Positions 1 to 13,055 are shown, counted from the first letter of the whole stretch. The stretch: DNA of 54,080 nucleotides, filler included, from Sluysia triapertura (GCA_046118255.1; 4 parts of 4 records of this genome joined end to end with filler, not necessarily neighbours in it), one strand, 5' to 3'. Numbers and translations: made by a program. The notes: a model not told the origin generated them from the sequence alone.

Positions 1-3000
1 TTTTTCGTATCTCTCATTATTTTACTTTGATTCAAATATTCTCTATAGTTATCTTACTATTGCAGTTCATCATAATGTCTCGTCTTAGTTCTTTAATAAC
101 GTTCAACTTATTCTGTTATCCTAAGTTTTGACCCTTATACCAACCTTTATTCTTCACTAATCCCAACAGATCTTTGGAGCTTCAAAGTATTCTTCAGCTG
201 TCAACATTGTTATAATTCTTACTGAAACAATGTTTAAAATGTTTATTAATGTCTATTACATTGTATCACTTCCCTTCATTTTATGGTTCTCTAAGTTCTC
301 ACTCATCTCTTAATCCACTGTTGAACAATTCCAACAGCATTAATAGTAACTTGGTTTGTTTTTTGATTGTGGCTTCATTTAGAGGTATCAGATTAATGCT
401 GCGAACCAAGTGGAACTGAATACTCAAGATATAGCCACATGCGAGGGAAGTCTTGAGTTAAAAATTGATTTGTTTAATTTAATGTTTCTATTAATTTTGA
501 GTTGTACCACTTTGTTGCATTACATTTGAGTTATTTATTTAGATCATTATTGTATTTTGTGCTCTCTAAGGATAATGTTAATTAATTATTATTTGATTCA
601 TAAATGAACATTTATTTGTGAAAGTAAATAATTTTAATGTTACCATTTTGATAATAAATTTGCAGTTTTAATTTTGTTTTGATTTTGCGATATATATTAA
701 TGAAATAGAAATGTAAAATTTTTGTAGTAACATTCTATTAATAAAAAACACCTACATTTTTATTAGTTAGTTTGTTTAGAAGTCAACAAGCAGAATAAAC
801 AAATAAAACAGATTAATTTTTACTTTTACTTATGGAAATTTCTTGATTCGTTTTAGCAGAATGTCTTACAACAATGTCAATGCATGCCAATATAAAAACA
901 CACTGACTACTTCAACGACTTATTGTTCAATTAAAACTGTCTGATTATTTATCTGCTAAATAATGATTTTATTAAATAATGCATATTTCACAGTAAGCAA
1001 AATAACACATTGAACTTCTACAATTACATAAGAAAAAGTTTCGAATTTTTAATGAAATACAAAATGGAGTAGATCCATTTACATTGATCTGAAAAGGTAT
1101 TAATTAAATCATTTAATAAATTATCACTTTGTTTATCTGATTCTGTTGAGTTATGTTTTCAATATTTCTTAAATTTCTAATTTTAATTTATGGATAATGA
1201 ATGTTTAACTGAACCAATAATACTGTCTCCATGACAATAACATAATGATTGAAAAATCGTAATATTTTGATATTTATATTAATTCGCAAATGTTATATGA
1301 AATTAGAAATTATTTATTAATAATATTAATAATTGAGAAGCACACAAGGATGATACAGACATAACAGGGATTAAATGATTAAATAACGATCCTAAATGGA
1401 AACTTAATCTGATGAGTTGGTCTGATGTTAGTCATACATCATAAATCATGTTTGCCCCCATGATTTATAAGAAGAATTTCCTAAATAAAATATTATACTT
1501 ATTCTTATTTTACGTGCACGGAAAAATGTGACTCACTAATTTTAAATACTTTGCTACCATAATATCGGATATGATTTAACAATTCTCTGCTAAAAGAATT
1601 CTGTTCGAAACTGAGATATTGTAACCTGAACTACTAAATCTAATAATAGTTTAATAACTTTTACTAACGTTAAAGAATAAGGGATTAAAAATTACTGTTG
1701 TAAAAACAAGTCATTATCACAATGATCAGAAGGCGGACAGAACACAAAAATGTCGTAAGAGAAGACTGTTATCATTGTGAATTATGAAGTGAGCTTTGAT
1801 GCTACTTATTTTTAACGGTTTTTGGTATAAATTGAAATAAATTTTGACAGAGAAGTTTGTTTAAATCACTTCATTGATAAATTAATTTAATTTTATAACT
1901 TCGTGGATGTTCAATTTTAAATTTAAGAGGAAATCTCTGCTACCTACTCGTCATCACTTAATAATTTCATCATAATGTAAATTAACTTCGAATTTCCATC
2001 TCAAAGCCGAATAGTGAAAATCGCAGACTCTAATCGAATACAACTTGAACTTAATATATGTATGTTTTTAATTAGTAAAATGGTATTAGGGAAGAATGAC
2101 CTACCCAAATATGACAGAAAATGATAAATGAGATTACCAATCACAATATGCAGTTGCAACACACAATAATAATGCGAGGTATAATAATAATAATAAAACA
2201 TAAAACGCTTACTACCCGATCTCCACAAAATCTCATTTGAAATAAAAGTCGCGCCGAGGAATAGTTGCATATTTTTACAGGTACCAAGTATTAAATAAAT
2301 TGCATAATGTAATGCTGTTTTAGAATCTTAACACAAAACATATCAAAAACTAGCTGTACATTAATAAATAAAGCGAATATTATCAATCAGAAACTCATCT
2401 AACTCTCTTTTAAATTGTCTGAACCTGACAATGCTGTTTTCTGCTAAGTTTTTCTATCAATTTGTCTACAATGTACGATCTACGTTATTAACGGCAGCCT
2501 CGTGGGATTTATCTATGTGAAATAATTTTATTGGGCGGGTCTAGTATATAATATTACAAACCGAATAAATATCTACAATGGAAATTGGATTACTAGACAA
2601 ATTTAACAAATTTATACACAAAAATTAAAGAATAAATATATTGCAGTTAAATTTATCTTAGCTAATTAATACGGAAAGATTTTAATATGATCAAAAGTTC
2701 AAGGATGTACATTTTAAAACTAAGGTTATCTTAGTTCTGAAAAATACGGGAAAATTTTATATTATTTGAAAGAATAGATATACATAAAGTTAAGCAGGAG
2801 ATTGTCAGAGATGAGAACAATGTTAAATATTTTATCATCACAAATTAAGGGCAAATATTAATTTTGATTTTAAGGCTAGCTCTAAGCTAGTTCTAAAATA
2901 TGTTTATAAAGTCAGTAATTTATTAAATCTTTCCTTAAAGAAGATATAAAAACCGATATAACTAAGAGTCCAACATTGAATGAGTCTAAAAGAGTCTAAG

Positions 3001-3338
3001 TTGTATTGTATTTGAGTTTTTGTTTTTTCATTGTGTGGAAATAAAATGCAAATAATAAAACTTATTGATTTTTATTATTATTAAAAAATCTATTTTAACT
3101 CATAAACTTATTATTACTATTTTATTATTATTTTAACTATAAAATTTATTATTTTATTTTGTCAATCATAAAATATAGTCTTAAAAATTCAATGAGCTTC
3201 ACGATAAAGCCACTGGTCATATAATGAACAATTTCAAAATGAATAATTTTAGAATTTGTTCTGTCTTTGTTGTGTATACTTCTTGGAACATCATTGGAAA
3301 TTTCAGTAAACATATTTAGGCTAAATCAAAAAGGTTTA

Positions 3339-3882
3339 CAGTGGTGGCCAAATTATTAGACTAAAACACGAAAAGCGTTTCTCGATGATCATGGTGTTAA
3401 GCTGCTGCCCTGGCCTGGAAACTCACCAGACATGGATCCCATAGAAAATCTGTGTGAGATTGTCAAAAGGAGGTATTCTACCCATAAGTCAATCACCTGG
3501 ACGGAACTTATTGAAACCCTGATAAAAGTATGGCACCACGATGAGATCAAGGACTTGTGTATGCCTTTAAGGATCAGGAAATTATTGGATAACAAAGGAG
3601 GACTACTGATACAACAGTTTGTACATATTTGAATTGTACTAACTTGTGTTATCATTCTACATGAATAAAATGTCTGTATGTTTTGGATCTCAGTATTTTT
3701 ATATATTATTTTACTTTCATCAGAATTTTTCGGAGAAAGTAGTTACTTTCCAACATTTTACAACTGTCGGTAGTAAATGACACATATTTACACACTTTTT
3801 ATTAATTGTTTCATGGTATCCTTGGAAAATGTTAACTTTTATCACAAAAATGGTCTTTCGTCTAATAATTTGGCTACCACTG
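3339..3882 (+). mobile_element. Internally deleted Tc1-family DNA transposon (544 bp, non-autonomous)
   Basis: TA flanks both ends (3337-3338, 3883-3884). TIRs are CAGTGGTGGCCAAATTATTAGAC and, reverse-complemented, CAGTGGTAGCCAAATTATTAGAC (23 bp, 1 mismatch). The internal frame reads ...GVKLLPWPGNSPDMDPIENLCEIVKRR..., the Tc1 WPxxSPDLNPIENxW motif. Only the transposase C-terminus remains, directly after the left TIR. Confidence 0.92.
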
Positions 3883-4910
3883 TAATTGTAAAACATTTAC
3901 TTCTACTTTTTATACTTCCAATTGGAATAAAAGTATTAAAATATCAATATGCATTGTTTGCAAATATTCGAAACTTTTGAGACAGCTCTTTTAACTTCCT
4001 CTAACCTAGTAGCGACCAAAAATATCTTAAATATTCAACGAAAAGTTGAAGTACTTCATTTTTGCTTAAATTATGAAGGTGAATATCACTTTTACAAATG
4101 ATGTGATCTCGCTTCAGTATATTCCATGATGTGGTATTATTTCTATATTATTTCATTACAAAAAACTATTTTAACAATTATAATCAAATTGTTTTTTAAA
4201 TTAAAAATAAAATCACACAAAATAATTCGGAACAATGTTTTGAAGAACTGTTTCGTAAAGTTTTTAATTAATTTATTCTATTATCTTACTCAAATTAAAT
4301 GTCGACTGCTGCTACTACTTGGCAAATGGAACTAGCAATGATTTTTGTAAAGCAATGACGATAAAATGAGAATTACTTTACATCAATATTGCTATTATTA
4401 TTGATAAAAATACTAATAATACCATTATTATTAATATACCGTTAGCTTTTTCATTAGCACACTGCCATTATATTTTATTGGCTTGACAAATGTTATAAAT
4501 TTTAATTTAAATTAAATGAAGTATCAACAAATTCGTTCTTTAGAATTTTTCAATAAACATTTTAAAAATACAACTTTTAAAACAATACAAAACAATCTAA
4601 AACTAAAATCGATAAATTGAAACAAACATATTTGTGTGGCAACACAACACTAGGATTGAATTTTAAAATTGACCCGCTCATATTGAATCTATTGATCATT
4701 TAATGTTGATATACAATATAGATTATTTCTTGTTTATTATTATTAGTTGTATTAGAAAATAAACAGCAAACTTATTTGTATTGTTATTACTATTTAGTAT
4801 TTATTATTGACTTTTCTAACGAAATCATGTTCATAAAACAATCATGCTATTTTGGTAGTTAAAATTTACTGTTAATTTATTTCGATTTTTATTTTAATAA
4901 TTGTATTTGA

Positions 4911-5823
4911 ATGAATCCAACTGAAAAGTCCCCCATATATCCTAAGTCATTTCATTATGGTTCTACAACCCTACAATCATCAACAATCAATTCGAAACGA
5001 TCGAATATTGGGTACCCTTATAATTCTGGATTTTTTAGTAGCCTGGCTCAGCAATTACGATACCGAAAAAATCTTTTTATTTATCGTCGATTATTGTCAT
5101 TATACGCCTTTGTTTTTGCTACAATCGGATTAGGGTTGAGCATTATCATAACTGAAGTGCAGATTCATTTTTTTCACCACGGGCGTATTCGAAGTTTATC
5201 AGTTGGAGTTTTTATTGTAAAAATTTTAATCAGTGTCACCACTGCGATTAACATGGTGCTCGTTTTGTTGTACAACATCATCGATTTTAAAATAGAAATG
5301 ATGCGGTACAATGAAAAGGAATGGAAGCTTGTCTTGCGTGTAGAAAAAGTTATAAAAATAATTATCGAAGTGTTGATTTGTTTTGCACATCCTTTGCCGA
5401 TGTATCATGGACAATCACAAAAACTCGAAAAATTGAGCTACTTAATTCGCCTGGACGGTATGCTAACTTTGTTCATGTTTCTCCGATTGTATTTGCTCGT
5501 TCGCTTGATCGTACTGAGAAGCCAGTTGTATCAATATGCAACAGCACAAACATTCGGTGCTATTCATCGCACTAGTTTGAATACTAAGTTCTTCTTCAAG
5601 TCTTGGATTTATTTCTATTCGGGATACATTTTGCTGGTGTTAATTGTTATAATTATTTTGTGGGGATCGTGGTCATTTCGAATTTGCGAATGGAATGGGA
5701 AATATAAATTTTTATATGGATTTTTGAATTCGATGTATTTTACATTAATTACCTTCATCAGCATTGGCTACGGGGACTTTATACCGATAACGGACTGCGG
5801 GAAGGTTTCTGCCGGCATTGTAG
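4911..5823 (+). CDS. KCNN: Small-conductance Ca2+-activated K+ channel (SK/KCNN family), exon 1: N-terminus, S1-S5, pore
   Basis: Contains EVLICFAHPLP (S3), MFLRLYLLVR (S4), SWSFRICE (end of S5) and TFISIGYGDFIPITDCGK (K+ selectivity filter). Phase-1 donor G|GTTAGT at 5823/5824. Confidence 0.95.
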
Positions 5824-7973
5824 GTTAGTTGAAGTACTGTTAAAGGTTTAAACAATTGATCGAATGAGTTATTTATAGATTTTTTATGATTTCGATATTC
5901 AACAAGTTTCAAAGGCACAATCGCCGAGGTATTAGAGACTCGAAAAAATAAGTTTGTCCGCAAGCTCCATAGAGGTCGTGGTGGACGCTTATCAAACACA
6001 TTTTGTTGGTTACTGATGAAGATCAACGGACTCTTTCTTGTAGCTTTAAGTCATCATAAAATTCGATTTGATGTTAGCATAACTATTATCACATAATGAC
6101 TTTGAATGGATTTATGATGTGAATAAATTAATTGTAAATTTACCAAATACAGATATTATAAGTTGTCATGAACAATGTTCCCTCTAATTTTCGAAAGTCT
6201 CTGTGCGCAATATTTAGTGCTGTGCAAAATATGACAAACTGAAATTAATTTTGTGCACTGTACGGAGAAGAATGAACATGAGCCAAGAAAACAATTTATT
6301 CATTTTGTAGACTCTTTTGCCTACAATAGAGAGCAAACACAGTATACGTCGAAGAGGCAGTTTACCACACCATGCACGATCATCCTTGTTTGCAACAATC
6401 ATAAAACCATACTTAAATAATTTGTTTTCGTTGCTAAAGAAATAAACATCCCATTCTCAAAACCGATCTTAAACAAAGTTTTTGACATTGAGTCAGTATT
6501 TCTTTCTCAATAAGAAACTTTTGTGTGTTGACGTTTCCCTGTGTGTGCGCGCATTGCTCATGAATCCAACTAAATTATATTGTGCATTGTCTTCTCATGT
6601 AAATGTGTATGAAAATAACATGGAACATTTAAATTTAATCACATATGTACTTTTAAAAAATTAACTGATTATAATTCAAATAAGAATGGTCAGACAATAA
6701 GGAAATTCCAGAAAATTTTTGCAAGTTTAAAAACAATTCTCTTTATGGTAAAACCGTACAAAAGATAAAAATGAAATTATTCACTTTTTTTTAAAAATCC
6801 AATTAAAGTTGCTGACGATTTGATTGCAGTTTTATTAGGAAGTTATGCAGAACAAACTGTTTTGGATCTTAGTAAAATTATTCGTGTGCATCAATAACAA
6901 TATGAGGATTGCAAAGATCTGCGTAATTTAATTGTAAGATTGAAATTATGGCTGGTGATACTGATGGTTTCTTTTTAAAATGTACTAATGTTAATTTAGA
7001 TACTTTAATAGTGTGATGATTATTAAAATGCGGTCATTTTTTCACGGGTAACAATAACAGTGATAGTAATGATTTTTGGATTGTATAAAATAAAAAATGT
7101 ATATATTTTTCTTGCCGTTTAAGTTTTTAATATTAGTAAATTTATATAGTGTACATTTTTAAAGACGATTCAAGTGTCGTTATTTATATTAAGAATATGA
7201 AAATAAATGTCTATTATTCTTAAAATGTAATCATACTCTTAAAGATATACAATGTTTTGTGATGTTGATGATTTTCTGTTATTATTTAGTAATATTTAAT
7301 AATAGTGATATTAGTAATACTTAACAACATCACTGCAAGATTAGGTGATGTCACTTGGGGTGGAGATTTCTTCGGCAGTATAATCGTCATCGACACCAGA
7401 TTTGGTATACATTGGAATACGTATACTGCAATAAACATAGAACCATCATGGGTACGTAACATATTATGTTATATATCATCAATTCTTGTACAAATTGCAA
7501 ATTCTTGTACAAACCCCGTGCAAATACCCTAAGTTCACTACATACTCAAATACTATAAACAACACATAAATCAAAAACTAAAATAATCCTTTTCCAATTA
7601 ATTAGATCCAATTAATCAAATTCAAATTTAACATAATACTCTAACCAGTAAAAACAGTCTCATTCATAATAGAAAACGAACTATGCGCGCCCAGTAAATC
7701 AGTAACCCCTTCAAAACAGCTGTACGCACTGTATCATGTAAAACCATATGATGGAAATAGATAATCTTTTATTTAAATTTGAATTTGAATAATAAATATT
7801 TTTCTATTCTCAACTTATGCAAAGTAGTTATACTTATTTTGATAATTAAAAGTATGAACTCCCCATATGGGTTCCTGAAATCGTCAAGACCCATCATATA
7901 TCACCCCATCGCTCGTTCGGTCATAAAGCATTGCATGAAGTAGATATAGTATTATATTTATTTTCTTGTTTAG

Positions 7974-8160
7974 CGGCTCTGGGTGCTGGATGCACTGCTC
8001 TGACAGTGGCCATAGTTTCCAAGAAGTTAAACTTGTCAGCTTCTGAAAAGAGCGTGTACCATTTCTTCCTCAACAACCAATACGACACACAAATCCGCAA
8101 TCTCAGTTCCAATATCATCAAGCAGTCGTGGCTGGTGCATAAGCTGCAGTCTAATCAGAG
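7974..8160 (+). CDS. KCNN: SK/KCNN channel exon 2: S6 and first part of the calmodulin-binding domain
   Basis: Acceptor TTTAG ends at 7973. The phase-1 join gives ...AGIV-A-ALGAGCTALTVAIVSKKLNLSASEKSVYHFF...SWLVHK, matching SK [28 protein letters not shown]...TWLIYK. Phase-2 donor AG|GTGATA at 8160/8161. Confidence 0.93.
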
Positions 8161-8262
8161 GTGATAGTTGCATTTTTTAATTTATTTTTTCAATACTTAA
8201 TCGACCAATCATCTTTGTTATATTTATTATCTCGCTTCGAGTTATAATAACCCTTCTTTTAA

Positions 8263-9120
8263 CCTTCCGCCTGCCAGTCGGGTCCAAGGATCCAGTGTAA
8301 ATTTCACTGGTTATTTTCTAGTAATATGTGCAAAAATGTTATTTTATTACTTTCCGTGCATATTTTTGTCCCTGTCAGTCGCCATTAAGATCCACCGTGA
8401 TCTCAGTGAGAAGATTTTTTTGACCTAATGAATGAAATATCTGGTAGTTAGTCCGCATAATTTAACTAATTAAAAATCGATAAATTCTCATTGTATTTGA
8501 AAGATAATCACAGTGAAGATGACTCGGAACATTTGGAGAACTGTTCCAATTTGAAATATCACTGGCAAATTATGAATTTGAATACATGACATCAGTATTT
8601 AGCCAAGACTCCGAGAATAAAATCGATCTTCTTCAGTCAGAGTAACTCTTTATAAAATGTTGCTTTTTTGAGTCATTCGATTAAGATGAAGAAACATTTC
8701 AAGAACTTTTCGATTCAAAGCCGAAAAAGTGGTATTTTGACCAAATATGAACTCTTATATATTGTCGGTAGAAAGTTGTGGACAATGACGATCTTTCTTT
8801 CGAAGAATAGTAGCTCTTGCACAGAAGATAACATGATCTTTGTCCTCAACATTGTATTTTGTTCAGTGATTAAAAGTGTCTTGCATCTCATAAGAAAGGC
8901 TACATATCGAGAACGAGAATATTTTCTAAATATTTTATGGATGAGCGATTCCAAATTTTACTGGATGGATTATTTTAAGAAACTTTATATTTAATACGAC
9001 GATGAAGAACACTTTATTTGGATCAGACCGCTTTTGATGGTCTCGCATCATTGAAATTGTGAGAGATGTTGTAAAATATCTATCTTGCTAAAATAATAAA
9101 TAACTGTTGCAACAATAAAT
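8263..9120 (+). mobile_element. Degenerate piggyBac-family element in SK intron 2
   Basis: TTAA (8259-8262) is followed by CCTTCCGCCTGCCAGTCGGGTCCAAGG, and the same terminus occurs inverted at 22350-22424. Remnants include ETFQELFDSKPKKWY (~8690-8740; piggyBac F.QY...KP.KWG) and a Cys-rich fragment near 9060. The right end is uncertain and could be as far as ~9979. Confidence 0.6.
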
Positions 9121-10473
9121 GTTAAATGTAATTTTGTTTGTTTATTTACTTTATTTACTTTGGATGATTTTAGACGATCTTGAAGCGATGTCAAACAATG
9201 ATCAATATTGGATTCGGTCGAAGATGCCCCACGTAATTCGGAAGGATAAAGTAATAAGGGAAATAAGAAAATTCGTGTTCTAATATGTAATGATGTTTAG
9301 CATCGCGGACAGCGCATAGGAAAGACGGACTTAGAAACAGAATGCGACAAGACCTTATCTCGAAACATGTAAAGGTACGACTGTAAAATTGGATCTTATT
9401 AGTTTTGACTGTTGCGTCATCATTTTTAAAGATGCAATTTATCTTACCATTCTTACGATTACGCAATGATTAAACTTAGTTTTATAAACATTTTATTTAT
9501 AGAAACATTCATTCCAGTCTCGAAACTGAAACAACTATCGATTAATATTACCATGTTATCAAAATTCTAAAACACTGTAAATACATTGGCATGGAATCGA
9601 GGTAGTAACTACAACTTTTGATTTTAACTTCATCATTGTTGTCAGCGACTACGATAGATCGTATCTCTTAATGAATCCGATGTTGCGGATTGTTTTCTTG
9701 TTTTGTAAATACGAGGGTGATCTTGAATGTTTGTATTTCATTCTTGGTTCATCTCTTTTATATCTTCTAATGGTGCTTGTCGTACTATAACGAATAGATT
9801 ATAGCAGTAATACTAGTACTGTTGATAATATTAGAAGTACAATTATTATTATTGTTGTTATTGCAATTATAAAAAATAGCCAAATTAAAAATATTATTCG
9901 GGCTCTGTTGATAATAAATGCTGATTACCACTTAGTGACACTCCACTGGACTCAGGACCATCTAGTGATTTATTTGAAGTTAAATTTCTTACATTAAAAG
10001 AATTGAAAAAAATAATTTAATAGCAGAGATAAGATAGTGAGAATAAAAATAAAACAAAGATAATAGTAATATGAATAACGATAAGGAGATAATAGCAAAC
10101 TGACTAAATAACAACACAATACTAATATTATTATTATTATTATTTTATGATTTGGAAAGAAAGGGATTTTTGTGTGTGAATGTAAAAAAGCTGAATAAAC
10201 AATGTTATTATTTTTGTCGAAAGTGTGTTACTCTAGGAATTATGATATTACGAATAATTATTGATATATTTGAAAAAAATTATTTATTTGGTGATTAATA
10301 AGTGTTGTTGGAAGGTTTTCTTTTTTGGTTTGTTTAAAAGATGTAAAATTTAGAATTATCAGATGAACCACTACAATAATCCTAGGTATGACTCATTGAG
10401 ACCAGCCCAAACATAAATTGTTTAGCACTGTCATAATTTTTCCACTTCTTCTTATTATTAGTTCTATTTCCAG

Positions 10474-10717
10474 CTCTCAATCAAACAGCTTAGCAATTAT
10501 TCTACTCAAAAGAAAGATTATATCGAATATTCGTAAAATTCGAATTCTTCGCACAAATAAAAACAATATTGACAACGACGTGATAAATTTGAATCAGATC
10601 CAGTTGGTGCAGAGCAATACTCGTGAGTCAGTTGAAGAAATGATGACGAAAATCGACACTATCGAATGCAGACTGGCAATGATTTCGAATATTGTGATGC
10701 GAAGTAATCACTCTTGA
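10474..10717 (+). CDS. KCNN: SK/KCNN channel exon 3: remainder of CaM-binding domain, coiled coil and stop
   Basis: Acceptor TTTCCAG ends at 10473 and is phase-2 compatible (alternative compatible starts at 10462 and 10489). LKRKIISNIRKIRILRTNKNNIDND...IDTIECRL resembles SK HQRKFLQAIHQLRSVK...LETKL. Total spliced length is 1344 nt = 447 aa plus stop. Confidence 0.78.
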
Positions 10718-11375
10718 TCGACTCGACTGTCCTACTGCTAAGAGATGGATTCTCTTGTCTTGCTTACTGACCCTGACATTGTCATTCGATATATCTCCAT
10801 CTGTGTACAGTCCACTGTTAATCGTGCTACACCAGGGCCTCTCGCTGAGCAAGCAATTCTCGTGTTGTCATGTCATTGTTTTATTCTTAACCAGCAGCAA
10901 TGTCTAACAATGTCTATGTCCAGTACTTCTATTTTACGTGTCATCGTATTTTGTTAGTCATCTGAGTCATAAGTATTTGCTTTTTGAATATAAAATTATG
11001 TTTCAACCCTTTATGTACAATTTCTTGTTTTGAAGACAAGAATAACTGACAAATCTGGAATATCGCTATGGAAACCTTTAACGAGGTATCACGTTCAAGT
11101 TTTATGTTTGAAACCAATTTTTATAACACTGTCTTCGTTGTCTCCGTTGGTGCCGCAAAATTTCGATATTAAATTGTAGAACGAAGTAAGCACTAACTTT
11201 ATTTTATATCAGATTCATGTTTACTTTATAAGTGTGTTGCGAGATAAAGTGATAGAGAATGCTATATTCAAAAAACTCGATTACTTATGACTCATTTTAT
11301 TTGAAAAATATTATTATATTATGAAAGAACCAAGTTTCTAAGTCTGACCGATTTCGAGTTTCAAATGTAGCCACG

Positions 11376-11822
11376 ATGGTGGAAGATGTCCAGGCTCCTG
11401 ATGGAAGCTGCATTAGTAGTCCAAGGATCCAGCTCTCCAAATCGGAATATTATAAAGTAGAATCTACATTTAATGAAACTTGGTCTTTTTTGATTGACAC
11501 ATTATCTGAGAAAATAAAAGATGCCCTTGCACAAAGACGCAATCCGCTGTCAAATCGAGTATTATATCTGGAACTAATGAAGAATATCCTGTATTACTTG
11601 CAATATAAAGATCCTGCAAAATCAGAAAAATATCTGTATTGGATCTCTAAATTCCATTTCCAAGAATGCTTGATGATGAAACTGATAGCGCTGGATTATG
11701 AATTATGTCGAGAAACAGAAATATTAAATGACATCAATTTCTCAAGGTTACCGTGCAGCAATGCAAAGCAGACAAAAATGACTATTTGCAATCATTTCAG
11801 AGACATCAATCGAATTCTTTGA
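11376..11822 (+). CDS. Hypothetical 148-aa protein (or large terminal exon), no recognised family
   Basis: A 447-nt open frame with mixed, globular-looking composition in AT-rich DNA. Start context is GCCACGATGG, with an AG ending 6 nt upstream of the ATG. Confidence 0.45.
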   Translation: MVEDVQAPDGSCISSPRIQLSKSEYYKVESTFNETWSFLIDTLSEKIKDALAQRRNPLSNRVLYLELMKNILYYLQYKDPAKSEKYLYWISKFHFQECLMMKLIALDYELCRETEILNDINFSRLPCSNAKQTKMTICNHFRDINRIL

Positions 11823-12996
11823 AATGAATTTTAAAAGTAAGAAAGTGACTTCTACTTAGATGGCAGTTCATTTGGAGAGACGAGCTAATTGAATTACATT
11901 GTCATATACTGATGAAGAATCAATAAAAATACGAATAATAATGTGCAAGTAAAAGATTTATTTCAAGATCTGAGAGCTTTCACGAGATAGTCACGAGGTC
12001 GGCGACATTGGAAACTACCATCACATTTCAAAATGTATATATCATTTATTAGGGTGTGTTCTCCGTACAGTGTGTTGTGTCTCATGCGCAGCAATGTGAA
12101 ATACTGATGGGGTCTACTTGCTGACTGTGGACAGTGAAACATTGATTAAATTGGAATCGGATTCGAGATATCTATTCGAAATTCTTTCATCATTGTCTTT
12201 CTACAATATGTTGTGCATCACTTTCTCATTCCACGATCAGAATGGTTGTGTAGTTAATTTTACATTATTATTACCATTATTATCATTATTATCGTTATCA
12301 TTATCATTAATAATTTTAATTATTATTATTATATTGTTATATTATTGTAAGTATTTTCTAGGACTTTTCCATGCAAAATGTATTTAAATGATGCGTCCAC
12401 CTATAGTATATGTGACATAAAATAGATTGTGTATTTTCTTAACTCTAAGATTCGTTACTCAATTTGGTCATCCTTGCTGGTTGGCAGTTTTTTATTGAAA
12501 TGTTAGCAAGTTATCCTTCTTATCTTATTGGCCTAACAATCTCTTTCTTTATTGGAAAGTGTGTCTAATTGTCTTACCGACATGTTGGCGGTGTTGTATC
12601 ACATTTATTATTATAGTGCTGTTTTTTATATTTAATACATTATTACGTAAACGAATATTCCAATGGTTAATTTACAGCTTAAACGAATTCTGTTTAAACT
12701 TTCTTATCTCAAATGTATCGCGAAGTTATTATAAGAGTTTCTCTGTGTTAATTAGTACAACAGACACTGTTACCGAATGTCTTTTCTCTGTCTTTTATTT
12801 AACGTCGATATCACTCTGACAATTACTTTCTTGGTCAACGAAGCAATGAATGCGTATTAATTCATGTGATAAACAACTTTGTACAGTTGGAATATGAATA
12901 ATAATGATGATAATACTTTATAATAAACTTTATAAATAATACTGCATATAAAAAGATAGAAACACTAAATGATAAAATCAAAATTTTACAATCCGA

Positions 12997-12999
<3 letters not shown>

Positions 13000-13055
<56 letters not shown>

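Noticed and set aside
1300-1850. Possible additional piggyBac remnant (WSDV and YHCEL fragments)
   Set aside because: It is too decayed and no termini were found.
5226-6026. Overlapping short ORFs in and around SK exon 1
   Set aside because: They are alternative-frame or antisense by-products of the higher GC content in coding sequence.
12118-12819. Hydrophobic I/L/F-rich short ORFs (also 19443, 23276, 34670, 50832)
   Set aside because: Their composition reflects AT-rich or (ATT)n sequence, with no motifs or splice support.
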